From Chara braunii (lineage: Eukaryota > Plantae > Charophyceae): a stretch of 64,000 nucleotides of DNA. Below are positions 13,945 to 27,196 of this stretch, in pieces. Location of the stretch: the NCBI GenBank assembly GCA_003427395.1, contig BFEA01000016.1, positions 2,874,102 through 2,938,101 on the forward strand, given 5' to 3'. The translations under genes and the position numbers were made by a program. The notes under the pieces are model-generated. The model worked only from the letters and a program-made list of their open reading frames with translations, searched no databases and had not been told where the DNA came from. The number at the start of each line of letters is the position of its first letter. The first letter of the stretch is position 1.

Positions 13945-16886
13945 CTATGGGAACAACCCTACCTCCCCTGGTATTGTTGATCTAGTTTGGGGTTGCTTCG
14001 AAGGGTTTGGAGTTTGGATTCTGACCACTCGGGCATGCATTCCCAGCATCTGCGCCAGGTGCTCCTCCTTGTCTGCAAAAATTCAATGTCCTTCTACCAG
14101 CGAAGCCGCCACTGCTGCTCGTTCCGCTGGGCCGCTGGGATATCTCCACCCAAAAGGCCGTATGGAATTGCCTGGACTATCTTCCATGGTTTCCATGTGA
14201 GGTAGTCTCTGATCTCTGCTTTCATCGAGTACTGGACCATTTATGGTCTGAGGTCATTGATCAACAAATCTCCTGATGTGTCTATCCACTCTTTCCTCCA
14301 ATCTTCCCATGAACCCAGGATGTGAGCGCTCATGGGTGCGTCTTCTGAGATGTTGACTGCCAGGGCTCTTTTGCTCGGTTTGGCCAGTGCGATGAGGGCC
14401 CATGATTTATTGACTGCTACTTCCCAATCCCTGTGTTTTGTGTTCCATCTGTAGGGAATTATTACTCTTTTCTTGCACCCTCCTTTGGCTTAAAGTTTGG
14501 CTGCTGTGAACGTTTCCGCGTTCTGGCCTGCGGCCAACTTTTGCAAGTTGACTGCAGCGTCTGCTGTTTCCCTGTTTTGGTCCGTGAGGACCATGATTTG
14601 TGCCTTCAGGACCTCCTTTTGTCTGTCGAGATCTTCTCTTGCACCTAAGTGCATTTCTTCTCTCTCTTCTTTTGTCCTTTTGCTCTGGGTGATTGCTGTT
14701 GGTATCCCTTATTCTCTCCCTCTTCCCCCTTTGAGTCTTTTGCTCGACTTTTGGCTGTCTGTGTTGGTGTAGGATTTGGGCCAGGAGAAGCTCTTTGCTA
14801 TGTGGTTTCCCTGATTCGCTGCTTCATCCAGTTTTGCCCCGTAGCGCTCAATGAAGAACTCCGACAATTCTTGTTCTTTTTCTAGAATTTCGTATTGATT
14901 GTGCGTAGGGAACAAGGTGTCGAGTGATTGCTGAGTCGGGTTGAAGTTCTGCAGGTTGGATATATGCTTCTTGTGTGCCACTTTGCTTTCGAAGTCGATC
15001 TCCCCTTCCATTTCCAATGAGTGCACGTATTCTGACAACCAAGTGAGCGAGTTTTCATGTTCATCCTCCTCTGTTCCTTCCCGCCTGTCTTGTTCCCCTG
15101 TGGTGCGGGGATCTTTTTCAGTTGATCCCTGTGACATGTTGTCATCTGCACCCTCATCTTCTTCTGTCTTATCCCCTTCTTCACTGATTCCTTCTGGTGT
15201 AACTTGTCCATCTTCCTCCTCCATCGCTGTTTCATCTTCCTCATTGCTGCCCTCCTCCGTTCCTCGCTTTTTCTTCCCTTCATTTCCTGAAGCGTTTCCT
15301 TTTGCCGGGCTGTCTAGACTTTTGACCGAGTCTGTGTCCATTCCTTCAGCTGTTGTTTGGGAACCTTTGGTCTTGCTGGTTTTGTCTTGTGTTGCGCTGG
15401 TTGTTGGTGAGCCTGGTACGGTCTGCTCGACATTTCTTTTCAGTGGTTTGTGTGAGAGGTCTGTTGTGTTGTGCCTTTGTGGTTGCTGTGGTGAGCTCTG
15501 TCCTTTGGTTGCTTGCAGCAGCTTTCCTTTTGCCTGCAGATTTTCAATGTAGGCTTTTTCCGCTGAGCTGCCTGTTTTAACCAGTTCTTGCATGATGTCT
15601 TTCCGGTGCTTATCCTCCATGATTCCCTGTGTGTTCAGGATCTGTTTCCTGAGAAAACCTCCTTCTTTATCTTCGATTTTCCTGGCCCCTTTTGTTTGCC
15701 ATTGGCTGCCATGGGGGGGATATATGTTCGGTTGAACTGTTGGTTCCCCCTGGAGCACCCACACCCGTTTGGGGTCGTCCAGCCTGTCGTCGAAAACCCA
15801 TCCCCGATATGTGGGGTCATCGACATACCACAGACCTGCCTTTGTTTCACACTCAGCCATGTTGACCTGTATGTGGCCAGGTTTCCCTGCTCTGTCCTTG
15901 TTGAGCGGACAGTTCCTATCAGTGCCCATGTGACCTTTCCCTCTGCACTTAAAACACCGTGGGTTGGTTTTAGTGGATAAGAAGACAGTCATTTTTCGGC
16001 CGTTGGATTTTTGGAACAGCCAAACATCTGGGAACTGAGGTGAAACCCCTGAGGGGACTTGAAGACATGCAATTCTTGAATCATGGTTCGGGGCGAAAAA
16101 ATCTGGGCCCGAGGCCAGCCATTTGATGATTGGGTTGTTTGGATAAGCTTCAGCAAGTCTTCGTTCGATGAAGCTGTGGAGGCCTTCCGTGATGTTGTCG
16201 AACTGGATCCAGAAGTTGCTCCGCAACATGGTTTGTCTATGTTTAGACGCTTCAGGTTGTGGGGCACGTCTGGGTTTCCAGTTGGTAACGGACACTACTC
16301 CTTTCCTGCATTTCAGACTGTTAAGGGAGATCAGGCAACGGGCATATGCTCTGTCTGGACAGACTATCATCACTGTGTTTCGTGCCCGCTTATGGTATGT
16401 GACATCCGGTTCTGTGCCCGGTATTTCCTCCAGAGATCTGAGTGTACCTCTGACCCAGGACCGTTTTTCATTTGGGGACATATCCGCACATTTTTGAGGA
16501 AAATTGAAAAGGACTGCATGGTTATTAAAAACATCTTCAGAGTTGGATTCGTCCTCTTCTGGGTATTCCCATATCTCCTCTTCCCGATCTTCGTTTTAAC
16601 CTTCTTTCGCTGGGATCGTCCTTTTGATAATGTTCACTCTAGCTTTGACTTGCGTGCTTGAAATGAGGAAATCCATTGCCTTTTGGCTCAGAGACTTTGG
16701 GGCTGAGGTCGAAGTTGAGGATTCAGACCCCTTCTGAGAGTTGTTGGGGAACAGGGATTGTGCACCTGTTTGGGCCTGGGATTGGGATAGTATTTGTCCC
16801 ACTATGTTGGGTGGGTTACCTTGGCCCGTGGGGGGCATTGGTTTTGGTGTCATGGTCTTTTTTCCAAGTGCCTCAGCGTACGACAT
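13945..16886 (-). pseudogene. LINE ORF1 (zinc knuckle CFKCRGKGHMGTDRNC and Trp-rich domain), disrupted
   Basis: ORFs 16596..16886 and 14709..16481 are homologous to the ORF1s at 42795 and 53434. The 3' boundary is approximate. Confidence 0.85.
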
Positions 16887-18672
16887 TGGCCTGTTGGAGG
16901 GATAGTGTGCTTTGAATGTGCCTTTCTACGCAACAGTTACCTTCTAACCAACAGGGGTGGAGGGTGTATGCAGGCTTACGAGATTCCTGTGATGAGCGGT
17001 GCTAAAGGTTGCTTAAGTACTGGAAATTTTGCCAGTCTTTACCCTCCCCACCTGGGGAACGGGGTTTGCAGAAGAGCCGCAGGCAGGTAGGTACTGCTAC
17101 AACCGAAAAAATAGTACTGTTTCAGCAGAAAGGAATGGCACTGTGACAAACAAAAAGGGTCAGCATTTACCCTCCGCACCTGGGGATCATATTTGTACTT
17201 GGCAGCGTGAACCCTCTTTTGAGGTAAGTGAGCGGTGAAGATCACCAAGTAGCGGAAATTCAGCAATGATTAAGCGATCTATTATTTATCCAAAATTAAT
17301 AATGATTAGTCAGAATTAAATGAGACTTACTTTCTATTTGCCTGTCCGTTAATGAGGAAACCGTAATGATAAATGAATAATTAATAATAGATTAGATAAG
17401 TAATAAATAATAATAGGTTACTTGCTGGGAATCTTTGCTTTTGAAGGACCTGAGAATTTGGTGGAATTGCGTGTTTTCTTTTTCGTCGACTTCTTTTTTC
17501 TCTTGGTAGGTTCCGTTTCCCGCTTCCGATTGCTCAGTGTCTCCGTGGGGTGGTATTGATATGCGGTCGTCGATGCTTTGTGTTAATGGAACGGTGAGCG
17601 TTGTTGGGCGATGTGGGCGAAGTGAGGGTTGGGCGGTGTTACTGTTGATAGGGAGACACGGGATAAGCTGGCGCGGGGAGGGTGGGTGAGGGCTGTTCCT
17701 CTGGGAGAATTCACCGCCGCTGTTGTCGGTGGGGTGTTCGATTCTCCTAGAAGAGCAGTTCTCTGCTAGAAGTGACGATCCTGGTTCCGCATTTCGTCCG
17801 TCTATGCGTCGCAAAAAACCGATTCCTACTTTCCAAATTGGGGTGTATCTCCTGTCCGTCTTGGGTCTATCATGGTCCAGGTGCTGGACTCTTACAATAG
17901 TGAACGGAAGCTTGCTATGTCGTTTCTACTAAGAGAGCGTCAAGCGGATTTCTAACTTAGTTCGCTTAGAACCGACTGTCCTTATTCTCTCGTTTGTCTC
18001 ATGCATCCTTCCGTTAATGGCCGTCGCTCTCTTCCTCTTGAATACTTGTACTTGTTCTTGTCCTTACGCTGTCCCTCCTTTGTCTCCTTCGCGCTATAGG
18101 GTCAGGGTGGTTGTTTGGGTCTTACCTTTGGGATCTAATGGGGCCGCTCTGACCTCGTGATGATGAAGCTGTGACTGGCGCTCCTCACCCTCTTCGACGT
18201 ATGCTGCTCCCGTGTGTGTCTCGATCCTGCGTGCCCTTTTCCCTTGTTCGAAAGTTGTTCCATCACCCTTCTTTTCCTTCCCTCTCTTGGCTTCCTTGTC
18301 CTTTCCTTATTCTTGGGTCATTGCTTCCCTTTGTCTTTCACTGATGTTCTCTTCTCTTCCTTCTCCTTCTCTCCCTTGCATGTTGATTGCTCGTTGTCTG
18401 GCGTGAGGGAGCCACGCCCGGGGGCGTGGCGTGACGTGGCGTCACTGGAGCTCACTCTTACTTGCTCTCTCCCGACACTCGAATTTGGAAAGGTAAAAAA
18501 CGCGCCAAACCGCATGCGCGGCGACTTCCTGCCTGGAGCGCAAATTAGCGCTTCGTGGTAGCGCTTACCGGACTGGCGCTCACGCTCCAGCATTTTAGAC
18601 TCGAGACGAGTCACTTGCTATCCCCATTTCATTTGTCCTATTGTTATGGGCCCTCGGTTTCCTGCCTGGCAG

Positions 18673-18735
18673 GCTGGTCTGTTGGAGAGAATGGGCTGCA
18701 CAGATTTACTTAAGGATCAGCCTCAGCCCCACCAG
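18673..18735 (+). CDS. Putative host exon 2 (AGLLERMGCTDLLKDQPQPHQ)
   Basis: Pyrimidine tract with ggcag acceptor, cag|gtgagg donor, 63 bp in phase 0/0. It sits in ~135 bp of non-TE DNA between two LINEs. Confidence 0.65.
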
Positions 18736-18750
18736 GTGAGGCCAAGTGCA

Positions 18751-21700
18751 TTCTTTTTTTTTTTTTTTTTTTTTAAATAAAACAGATCCTTATGGCCCTG
18801 GCTCCGTTTCCATTCTGGGGAGCATCAGCCCGGTTCCTATTCCACCGGCAAGTCAGAATAAAATGATACATCAAGGAACACTCTCATGCTTCCTTCCATC
18901 TGGCCGAAGGAACCCTGATCAGCATTGATTACTCCCATAACGTGGAGGATTGACTGTCAGCTTGCCCTGCTTACACCTTTCCTCTCAGGACTACTATAAG
19001 ATCCTGTCAGATAAACCATGCTTCAACAAGAAAGGTCTGAGAGGCTGCAACTGTTGTCAATACTGTCTNANCCCCAAGTCCCNCCATCAAGTGTCATNAA
19101 ATCCTTATCATTCTATCCCCTGCTTGTCTTGTTTCTGTCNAAAACCTCAGTCCTAAACCCTAAACCCTAAAGAAAGGGTCTAGCCCCTTAAACNACCCCT
19201 CTGTCCCGCATCATGCCCTAAACCCCCACATTTTCTGATCATGCATATAAAACAATTCCCTTTTCCTACACCCCCCTTGATATCTATCATTCGCCCTCCA
19301 CCCTGTTTCCTTTGGTGTAGTCCAGCTCTAGCTCCATCCATCTTGGGCAGTTACGTTCTGCCAAAGACCGCTGTTTTAAAATGTTTTCACTGGCCAAAAC
19401 CCTTAGACTCTAACGCCCCTGAGCTGTTAGCCGATGGTTAAGACCCTAAAACCCTAAACCCTCCCTCATTCTTTATCATGATAACCCTTCTCTGTTGTGC
19501 CTCTTCATGACGGACCTAGGTCCCTTCCTCCCAACACCAATCTTAATCCTCCTTACCTCTCCTCTCGGCTCTCGTTCCTGTTGTCTGGTATCCCTACTCC
19601 CTTCAACTCAGCTGCCTGTCTGTTGTAGGCCCAGTCTGGGTTCTCCTGTCTTTCTCTGAATTGTGCCAGTCTTTCCAGTAAATCTGGTCATTCCGTAGCT
19701 CAGCCACCTTACCGTCCACTAACCACAGCTTCGTGAACTTTCTCCTTGTCTTTTCTCGCGGATCCTCGTCTTCAGGCATCGACTGCTTTAACTTCTGCCA
19801 TCTGCAGAGGATTTCCGCCTGTAGCATGGTTCTGGTCTCCATCCATACCTTCTCTCTTGGGTTGGACAGCCCTTCGATGGATCTGCAGCATCTCTCTTTC
19901 CAAATGATCCATAACGTCACCTTCCTGATCAGGCCTAACCATAATCTCTGTCTTCTTGAGCTGGTCAGGAATGTTAGTCCAGAGAAGGATTTGGATGGGG
20001 TGTTCGGGGAAGGGGGGATGGAAAAGGGAGTCCCAGAGGGCTGAGGCCCGTGTCCAGAAGTCTGTCGCCTCACGACATTGAATTAGGCAGTGTACCCCTT
20101 CGAAAACGGAGCATAGGTCCGAGCTGGTGGGATCAGTTTTGTGACGTCGTGTACGCAGCCATTTGTTCACTGGCAGCACAGCGTATGTGATAAGCCATTG
20201 AAGGCTTCTGATTTTAACCGGTCTGATAGTCTTAAATTTCTTCCATGGGATCTGTGTAAGTTTGTCAGCTTCCTGGCCTATTAGTTTCTGCCATCTGGCC
20301 TTGATTATAGGATCTGGGTCTTTTGTTTTAACAAGGAATTTGTATCCAAATTTAACTGTGTAGTTCTCTATGGGGACATGGACCCTGATATTCCTCTCCT
20401 TGTCCGGTGTCCAGACCCACTCTGCCGGGTCGAATTCCAGATTTTGTACTGCTGTGTCTGGTCTGAAGATTAATTTAGGCCATGAGCCTAGTACCCTTAC
20501 TTTCCTTAGTAAGAAGAAATCCATGACTGCCGATTCCACTTCTTTGTTTAGTATAGATGGCATGCCCTACTTGGGCAGGGAGATCGGGAAGGAGGTAAAG
20601 ACGGCTTTGGTGGTTGATCCCGGTTGCATGTGTGAAAATTGGAAGGCTCGTGATGGAGGGGACTCTTGCACTTCTCGATTCTCCCCATTCTCCGGATTTC
20701 CAGGGAGAGGCTTCATTCAAAATATCTTTCCAGTCTTGTGGGATACGATTAATGATATATTGGAGATTCTGCCCTCGTCTGTGGCAACCCTTTAGACGAC
20801 TGTTCAACTCCTGTTCAGTCACCCATTCTTTCCTTTCTTCATTCCATAGGTGGCTTACTGTCCATACCCTGTTTTTGACCCACGACAGCCATTTGTGATC
20901 TAAATACAGAGGATTATCACTTTCGTCTTTTACCCAATCATTGCCAAACAGCGGTTGTCTCAAAACCTCATCTTTGGATTTTGGTCTATTGTTTTTTTTT
21001 GGTAGTATTTCTCTCCAGATCCGAATCAGGGACGACCAGTATGGGGTAGGGCGTCTAGTTGTGTCCAAATCGGATCTCCTTCTTCGTCTTCTCCTGCCTG
21101 TTTTCAGGTTCCATTCCTTGTTCATTATCCAAAACAGACCCGTCATATTTTCTGGTGAGGCGACTGGAGCCAAGGCTCTGATGCTATCTAATGCCAGTTT
21201 GTTCCACGCGCTTTCTGGCTTCATCAAGAGTTTGACTAATGTCTCAGATCTAGGGTCTATAATCCCTAGACCCACTTGCAACGGCTTCCTGATGATATAT
21301 TGCCATGCAATCTCGGGGATACACCCCTTTTTGTTGGGATTTCCTGTCCATAGATAGATCCTTGCTATACGGTTGAGTTCCTTCATTGAGCTATCCGGTA
21401 TTGTCCATATCGAAGCTATATACCACATCATGGAAAACACCGATGTGTTGAGTAGGAAAGCTCGACCAATTAGTGAGGCGAATGTATTCCCCCATCTCCC
21501 CAACTTGTTTATCTGCTTGGCTAGTATGTTTTGGGCCATTTGGGGCGCGAGACCCTCCCTAGTCATGAGAATGCCCAGGTAGCGGGTGGGGGTATCCGCC
21601 GTGTCCCACATCATGGCGGCCTCAGGTCCTTGCAGATGAGGAAGATCCTCATCATAAAGCCACCACCCGATCGTCTTCTTCCAATTAACCCTCATTTCTG

Positions 21701-21980
21701 ACGCCAATCTAAGGGCTTCCATTGCTTTGGCCAAGGTTTTGAATGAAGAGTCGGAGGCTCTAATCAGGACCGTAAGGTCATCTGCAAACATGATCGCCGT
21801 CGGAAAGTTCATGTGGTGGGCCGACCCCGCATTGACCTCAGGGAGCCTATGAATGGAGGGATCCTTTTGTAGCAAGGCTTCCATTACGAATAAAAAGATC
21901 GAAGGGGCGAGTGGGTCTCCTTGCCTGACCGAACGGGAGATTGGGTAGCTTTCAGATAGGAACCCGTTTACCTGTACGCA
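18751..21980 (-). mobile_element. LINE lineage A copy 2 (3' half; 5' part hidden by an N-gap)
   Basis: Poly(T) at 18754..18774, structured tail at 18775..18970, and ORF2 pieces 20475..21884 (FADD), 19772..20563 and 19603..20073. Closely similar to the copy at 1..4962. Confidence 0.92.
18775..18970 (-). ncRNA. Conserved structured LINE 3'-terminal RNA element
   Basis: Reverse complement reads ggcaagctgacagtcaatcctcc..ggagtaatcaatgctgatcag..ttccttcggccagatggaaggaagc..gacttgccggtggaataggaaccgg.. Confidence 0.7.
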
Positions 21981-22241
21981 NNNNNNNNNNNNNNNNNNNN
22001 NNNNNNNNNNNNNNNNNNNNNNNNNNNNNNNNNNNNNNNNNNNNNNNNNNNNNNNNNNNNNNNNNNNNNNNNNNNNNNNNNNNNNNNNNNNNNNNNNNNN
22101 NNNNNNNNNNNNNNNNNNNNNNNNNNNNNNNNNNNNNNNNNNNNNNNNNNNNNNNNNNNNNNNNNNNNNNNNNNNNNNNNNNNNNNNNNNNNNNNNNNGG
22201 GGGGGGGGGGGGGGGGGGGGGGGGAAGGGCGCGAGGTAGGG

Positions 22242-23260
22242 CTAGGGCCCTAGGGGTGTAGAATGGGCTAGTGTGGGCTCTTGAGCTGGGTTAGTCTCGG
22301 TGTGTGGTATGGGTTGGAATTCTGGTCTGTGTTTTAGTGAATCTGAATCATACAAACCGAATCTGGGGCATGAGCCTAGAATTCTCCAGCTAGAAAAAAG
22401 GAAGAAGGGTTGTGATTCTGTGTAGTGGAAGTACAAAAGAGTGTGAGCTTCAGGGAGCCAGCTTAGACTCAGCCCAACAGAGCCAGATGTGCATCAACTT
22501 CTTTGTATACGAATGTGATTGTGAGATAACTTGCATTCTTTTGTTTTCTTTATTTTTTTTTTCAACTCGAACAGGCCGTTATTTTGCTTTTAATTGAAGT
22601 CAAGAAAGTAGTCCGTTTTTCATATGGCCTCCAGTGTTCTGATGCATCTCTCCTTCCATATGACCCATAATTTAACCTTGCGGATCACTCCAAACAAAGC
22701 ATTTTCTGGCTTGCCAAAGTGGAAGGGAATGGTAGTACAGAGCAGAAGTTGGATGGGATGTCCTGGGACGAAAAATGAGAAAAGGATGTCCCATAGATAG
22801 GATGCCCTACCCGAGTGTTCTGTAGCCTCGTTCAGGTTTTGGGGCCCAGGGCAATCGGAGTCCATGCGGGCCTTATTTTTGCTTGGGACTTGGCATTCTA
22901 TTCTGGGAGCGCTGCTCCCTGGGACAGAGTTCACAACTACTGTTGTTGGTGGCATTCAGGAGTAGGAGGAGATTGACAGGAGTAGAGTTATCATATCGGC
23001 AGTGTCATATCTCGTCTGCTTGTTTTTTTTCGAGCCTTCAAAATATTTCGTTTTGGTCCGTTTCTCCTTGGGGAAAACCAACCAAAGCTTGATTTAAAAC
23101 AGTAGTAAGAAAACAAAAGAATTGTTCTCTCTTCTTCTTCTTCTTCTTCTTCATCTCCACCTCCACCTTCTTCATTGTGCATCATTGTCGATGCTGGGAG
23201 GTTTCTTCTATATATGGTTCCCTCCCCAGTATACTGTGTGATGATTTCTGCCCACATTTT
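22242..23260 (-). pseudogene. Old, fragmented LINE ORF2 C-terminal relics
   Basis: RASYLWDILF..HPIQLLL..VIRKVKLWVIWKERC (22620..22955) and RILGSCP (22242..22436) match the ORF2 C-termini of the intact copies. Confidence 0.7.
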
Positions 23261-23973
23261 GTGTCAGTGTCATGCATGATTCTAGTGAAGTCAAATCCGG
23301 TTGAGTCTTCCTCTGTGCTTCATCCTTAGTCTCTCCCTCATCGGTCAACCTTGGTGCTTCCTTACCTGTCGAACCTCATGATCAGACATGTGACAAGCGC
23401 CAACTGAGGTTCAGCCCTCGAGAGGCAACAGCCATGCGAGCGACAACAGGACCTGCACACTGTGAGTGTCAAACCATCATCGCACTCTGGGGAGTGGCGA
23501 GGGAGGTGGGAAGCGGAAGGGGCACCCAGTCCTCTCCTTCCAGCAGACTAGAAAGGAACAACCAGATAGAGTTGAATCTCTAGACTAGAGAAGCACAAGG
23601 ACAGGAGGGGTGAGATAGACCTGTCTTCACCCATCGTGGAAGCAAACAAGGGGCAATGAGGGAAACTAGTCATCTGGTGTGGGGGGATTGTGGCTGTCAT
23701 TGGCCCCCTTCCAGCCTATCCAACGGTCATGCCCATCTTCCAGAGGGCCATCAACTGCTATCAAGATAATGACCACCAGCACCTTCACACCCAAGGGTCG
23801 TTGTTATCTGAAACTTTATGAGTGAATCCTATGCTTCTGTTATCAGTTTACCATCGTGACTCATGGGGTCTTTTTGGTCAAACTGTTACTTGGAACTTCT
23901 CTTAGCATGACTTCATCAGCTCACCGAATCATGTTTGTTTTCTGCTTCATGATGGAAATCTGTCCCTCTGCAG

Positions 23974-24027
23974 CAACAAACAAAGTTTTCTGTCGGAAGT
24001 GTGGCTGTGAAGGATCTCCTTGAACAG
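23974..24027 (+). CDS. Putative host exon 3 (QQTKFSVGSVAVKDLLEQ)
   Basis: ccctctgcag acceptor, cag|gtaagc donor, 54 bp in phase 0/0. Confidence 0.62.
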
Positions 24028-24655
24028 GTAAGCCAATTTCTTGAAGCAAAGTTCAGGGGAGGCTTGCAGAGTTTGTCAGGTTAACGATTTCTATGCAGTG
24101 ATGTTAAGTTGCACCAGATGGAAGAGCATCGTGATGGACTGCATATGTGAAACATCCATGCAAATTTTTGAGACTTTGACTGTTCTTATGCCTCTTTAAA
24201 ATGTCTGGAATTGTTTTCTTACCAAAGTATTGCATGATCTCTAGAAGTGTAGTTGATGCCGCGTAAGGACATATGGAAATCTCGCTACATCTAAATTATG
24301 TGACTACTGTTTTGTGGGTGTGTGGCTACAGCACGATTCACGATATGCGTACATCATCTCACCGACTGCTGAGACCTGTGCTCCCATGTTTGCATCGTCA
24401 AGTGTGCGATCAGTAGGTGTTTAACCCCTCACCAACCATATTTCTGGTTCCCAGTATTCTTCACCTTTTTTCCATTACCATCTCTTGCCCCCCACTTTCA
24501 TTCACTTTGCTGCCGCTTTCTTCCATGCACCTTCTCTAAACCTCTTGACCTCTTCCTTCCTTCCTTCCTCCCTCCTTGCACTCTCCCCTCCCCCCCNNNN
24601 NNNNNNNNNNNNNNNNNNNNNNNNNNNNNNNNNNNNNNNNNNNNNNNNNNNNNNN

Positions 24656-24656
24656 N

Positions 24657-24717
<61 letters not shown>
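24656..24717. repeat. (CT)n microsatellite within a pyrimidine-rich tract
   Basis: Direct reading. Confidence 0.95.
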
Positions 24718-24720
<3 letters not shown>

Positions 24721-25336
24721 TCCTTTCCTATCTCTTCCCTCGTTTCCCTCCTATCCACTGCTCCCTCCTCTCCCTTCCCTCACTGCCTCCCTCCCTCCCT
24801 CCATCCCTCCACTGCTTCCATCCTTCGCTCCATTCCTCTCTTCCCCGGTACTTTCCTCCCCCGTCTCCTTTCTTTCCCTGTCTATTTCCTTCCCTTGCAG
24901 CCAAAGTATGCCATACTGACTGTGTGGCCACTCTTGGCACACCTTCTCCTTTTCTGCACTGCAATCAACGTGTGATTTGTCATTTCTAGCTGTGTGTATG
25001 GTCAATGCCACTGATTGCTGCGTTGTGAATGCCCTACTGTGTTTGCCCTGTCAAACCTCTGCCTAACCATTGACGCTGCTGCTGCCTGCCTTCATCCGTC
25101 ACACCTACTTCAAATCGACACTTTGAACTGTACTGTTATAGCAGCCATTTGCATCAGGACTTTCCGCTAAGAAACTTCCCCCTCCATTCTTGGTTTACTT
25201 CGGAGTCTGAAGGAAGTCTGAGCTGTGTTGTTATAGCAGCCCGTTGTGTCAGGACTTCTCTCTAACAAACATTCTCCCCCATTCCCAAACCTCGGAAAGT
25301 AGTGGTTTAACTTTGAAGCCTCAACTGATCACTGTG

Positions 25337-25550
25337 GGCATGGTCATCAACAAGGGACCTCATCAGAACGGAAATCCATTGCAAATCGAAGAAGACCAGG
25401 ATTCCATTATGAGAAATCCCGTCCACTTCAAAATTGAAGGGGTTGAGCAGAATCTGGCTGTCAGATGGAGAGCGGCAGGAATCCGAATCCAGACGTAATA
25501 TTTACAAGGTACAAGAGGCAATCAGGGCCAGGCAACACTAAGAAACAACC
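25337..25550 (+). pseudogene. Short relic of a LINE ORF2 extreme C-terminus
   Basis: Frame WSSTRDLIRTEIHCKSKK...RIWLSDG resembles WTTTKLMMETEIRCQWKK...VWLVRG. Confidence 0.5.
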
Positions 25551-25749
25551 CTTCAGCACAAAAAAATGCATGGATGTCTAGGAGCACTTTCTGGCAAGAT
25601 CCTTTCACGGTGTCAGTCTCATTTACGATGAAATCATCAAAGCACAGAGGCAAAGGTGCCATCGGGAAGAGGGAAGGGAGGGAATCTGGTTCTCTGCGCG
25701 GATATACTCCACCCTCGCCTCCTACACTACTCCCAAAGTTCACCTCCTG

Positions 25750-25785
<36 letters not shown>

Positions 25786-25934
25786 CTGATGGTTTTCTGT
25801 GCAAAAGAGAGAACACCTACTTCATTAACAAGAGCAGAACACGAAGTTTAACCCCCTACAAACCTCTAAAGCCCTTCGGCCACAGGAGCTGTTTTCTTCT
25901 GATGCTGCGCGCCAACAGGTTGTTTTGTCTAAAT

Positions 25935-26687
25935 CATACATGCAAGCGCACGTCGAGCGGGCGGTTCCCTACGTGCGGTGCACGCGCCCAACCGATCCCG
26001 TGCGGGGAACGACCCGTCACCCCCCTCAGAAAAAAAAAAAAAGGTCGTGGTCGAAACGGTGCATTTGAGGCCCCCCACCAAAATTATAAGCGAGATGAAA
26101 AAAAAAATAACAGGCGTACTGCCTCACCTTGCTCCTCCTCCCCTTCCTCATCCTCCATGTCTCCTCCTCCCTTCTCCTTTGCGTCTCCTCCTCCCTTCTC
26201 CTTTGCGTCTCCTCCTCCTCCTCCTCCTCCTGTTCGTCCTCCTCCTCCTGCCCTTGTCTCCTCCTCGTCGTACTTCCTCATCTTCCATGCCTCCTCGTCT
26301 CCTTCCCTTCCTCGTGTCCTCCCTTTCCTCGTGTCCTCCCCTTCCTCGCCGTCCATGTCTCCTCCTCCTCCCACTCGTCCTCCCCCTCCTGCCCTTTCTC
26401 TTTTCCCTCCGTCCATCTCTTCTCCTCCCCCATCTCGACTTCTCCTCCTTGTCGTCCTCGCTATCCTCGTCGTCCTCCTCGTCCANATCCTCCTCCTCCT
26501 CTCCATATCCCCCTCTCCTTGCCATATCCCCATCTTCCTGTCATACACCCCTGTTCCCCCTCCCAAAAAAAGATAAAATAATAAAAATAAAAGTTAAAAA
26601 ACCTGCATGATTCCGCACAGGCACCCCCCCCACGGAACTCCGTACGGAACTCCGCACGAATGTGCGGCTCGTGCGGTTGCAAGTATG
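25935..26687. mobile_element. Non-autonomous hAT-type element (MITE) with a CCT-rich interior
   Basis: TIR catacatgcaagcgcacg versus reverse complement catacttgcaaccgcacg; perfect 8-bp TSD GTCTAAAT at 25927..25934 and 26688..26695. Confidence 0.88.
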
Positions 26688-27170
26688 GTCTAAATTTGTG
26701 GTGTGTTCAGTGTGTTCCTTCGACGGTGCCATTTGACACATTCGAGGTGGAAACCGTCTTCGGCGACGTTCTGCTGCTTTTTTTTCTCTGGGATCATGGA
26801 TCCAAATCGTCGGGTTCCCTGCAGGCCTTAGGATAGCAGTCATGCAAGGCGACAATTTTCTTTTGGCCATGGGTTCTCTTTATAGGCAGGGCTTTCGGTT
26901 TTCCACATTAAAAAAAAAACAGCCTAGGCCTTGGCATTTTCCAAAAGCGCTCCAGCTCGTTCTGTTGGACAGCGGCCAAACTGCAATGCTGCAAGACTGT
27001 CAATAGCGAGCAGGCACGAAGAAGTGGGCGAGGGATAGCAGGAAGGAAAGGAGAACTGCAGTGGGGGTAGCGTCCAGGAGGAGAGTGACAGTGGGTGAAG
27101 GTCTCTGCATTTTGAAAATGCAACTTTCGACGGTTCAAAGGGATATTGATGGAGAACACACTGTCGATAA

Positions 27171-27196
27171 TGTGTGTGTGTGTGTGTGTGTGTGTG
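27171..27196. repeat. (GT)n microsatellite abutting a gap
   Basis: Direct reading. Confidence 0.9.

Larger units (their letters stand above)
8391..18614 (-). mobile_element. Near full-length L1/Tx1-like LINE, lineage B copy 1
   Basis: Poly(T) at 8391..8416, structured 3' tail, ORF2 (APE endonuclease, RT, zinc finger), ORF1 with zinc knuckle, long 5' UTR and a GC-rich 5' motif at ~18410..18612. A possible degenerate TSD is atttcat(tt)gtcct at 8380 and 18626. Confidence 0.92.

Noticed and set aside
25656-26610. Long Pro/Ser/Leu-rich ORFs
   Set aside because: Products of the low-complexity CCT interior of a hAT MITE.
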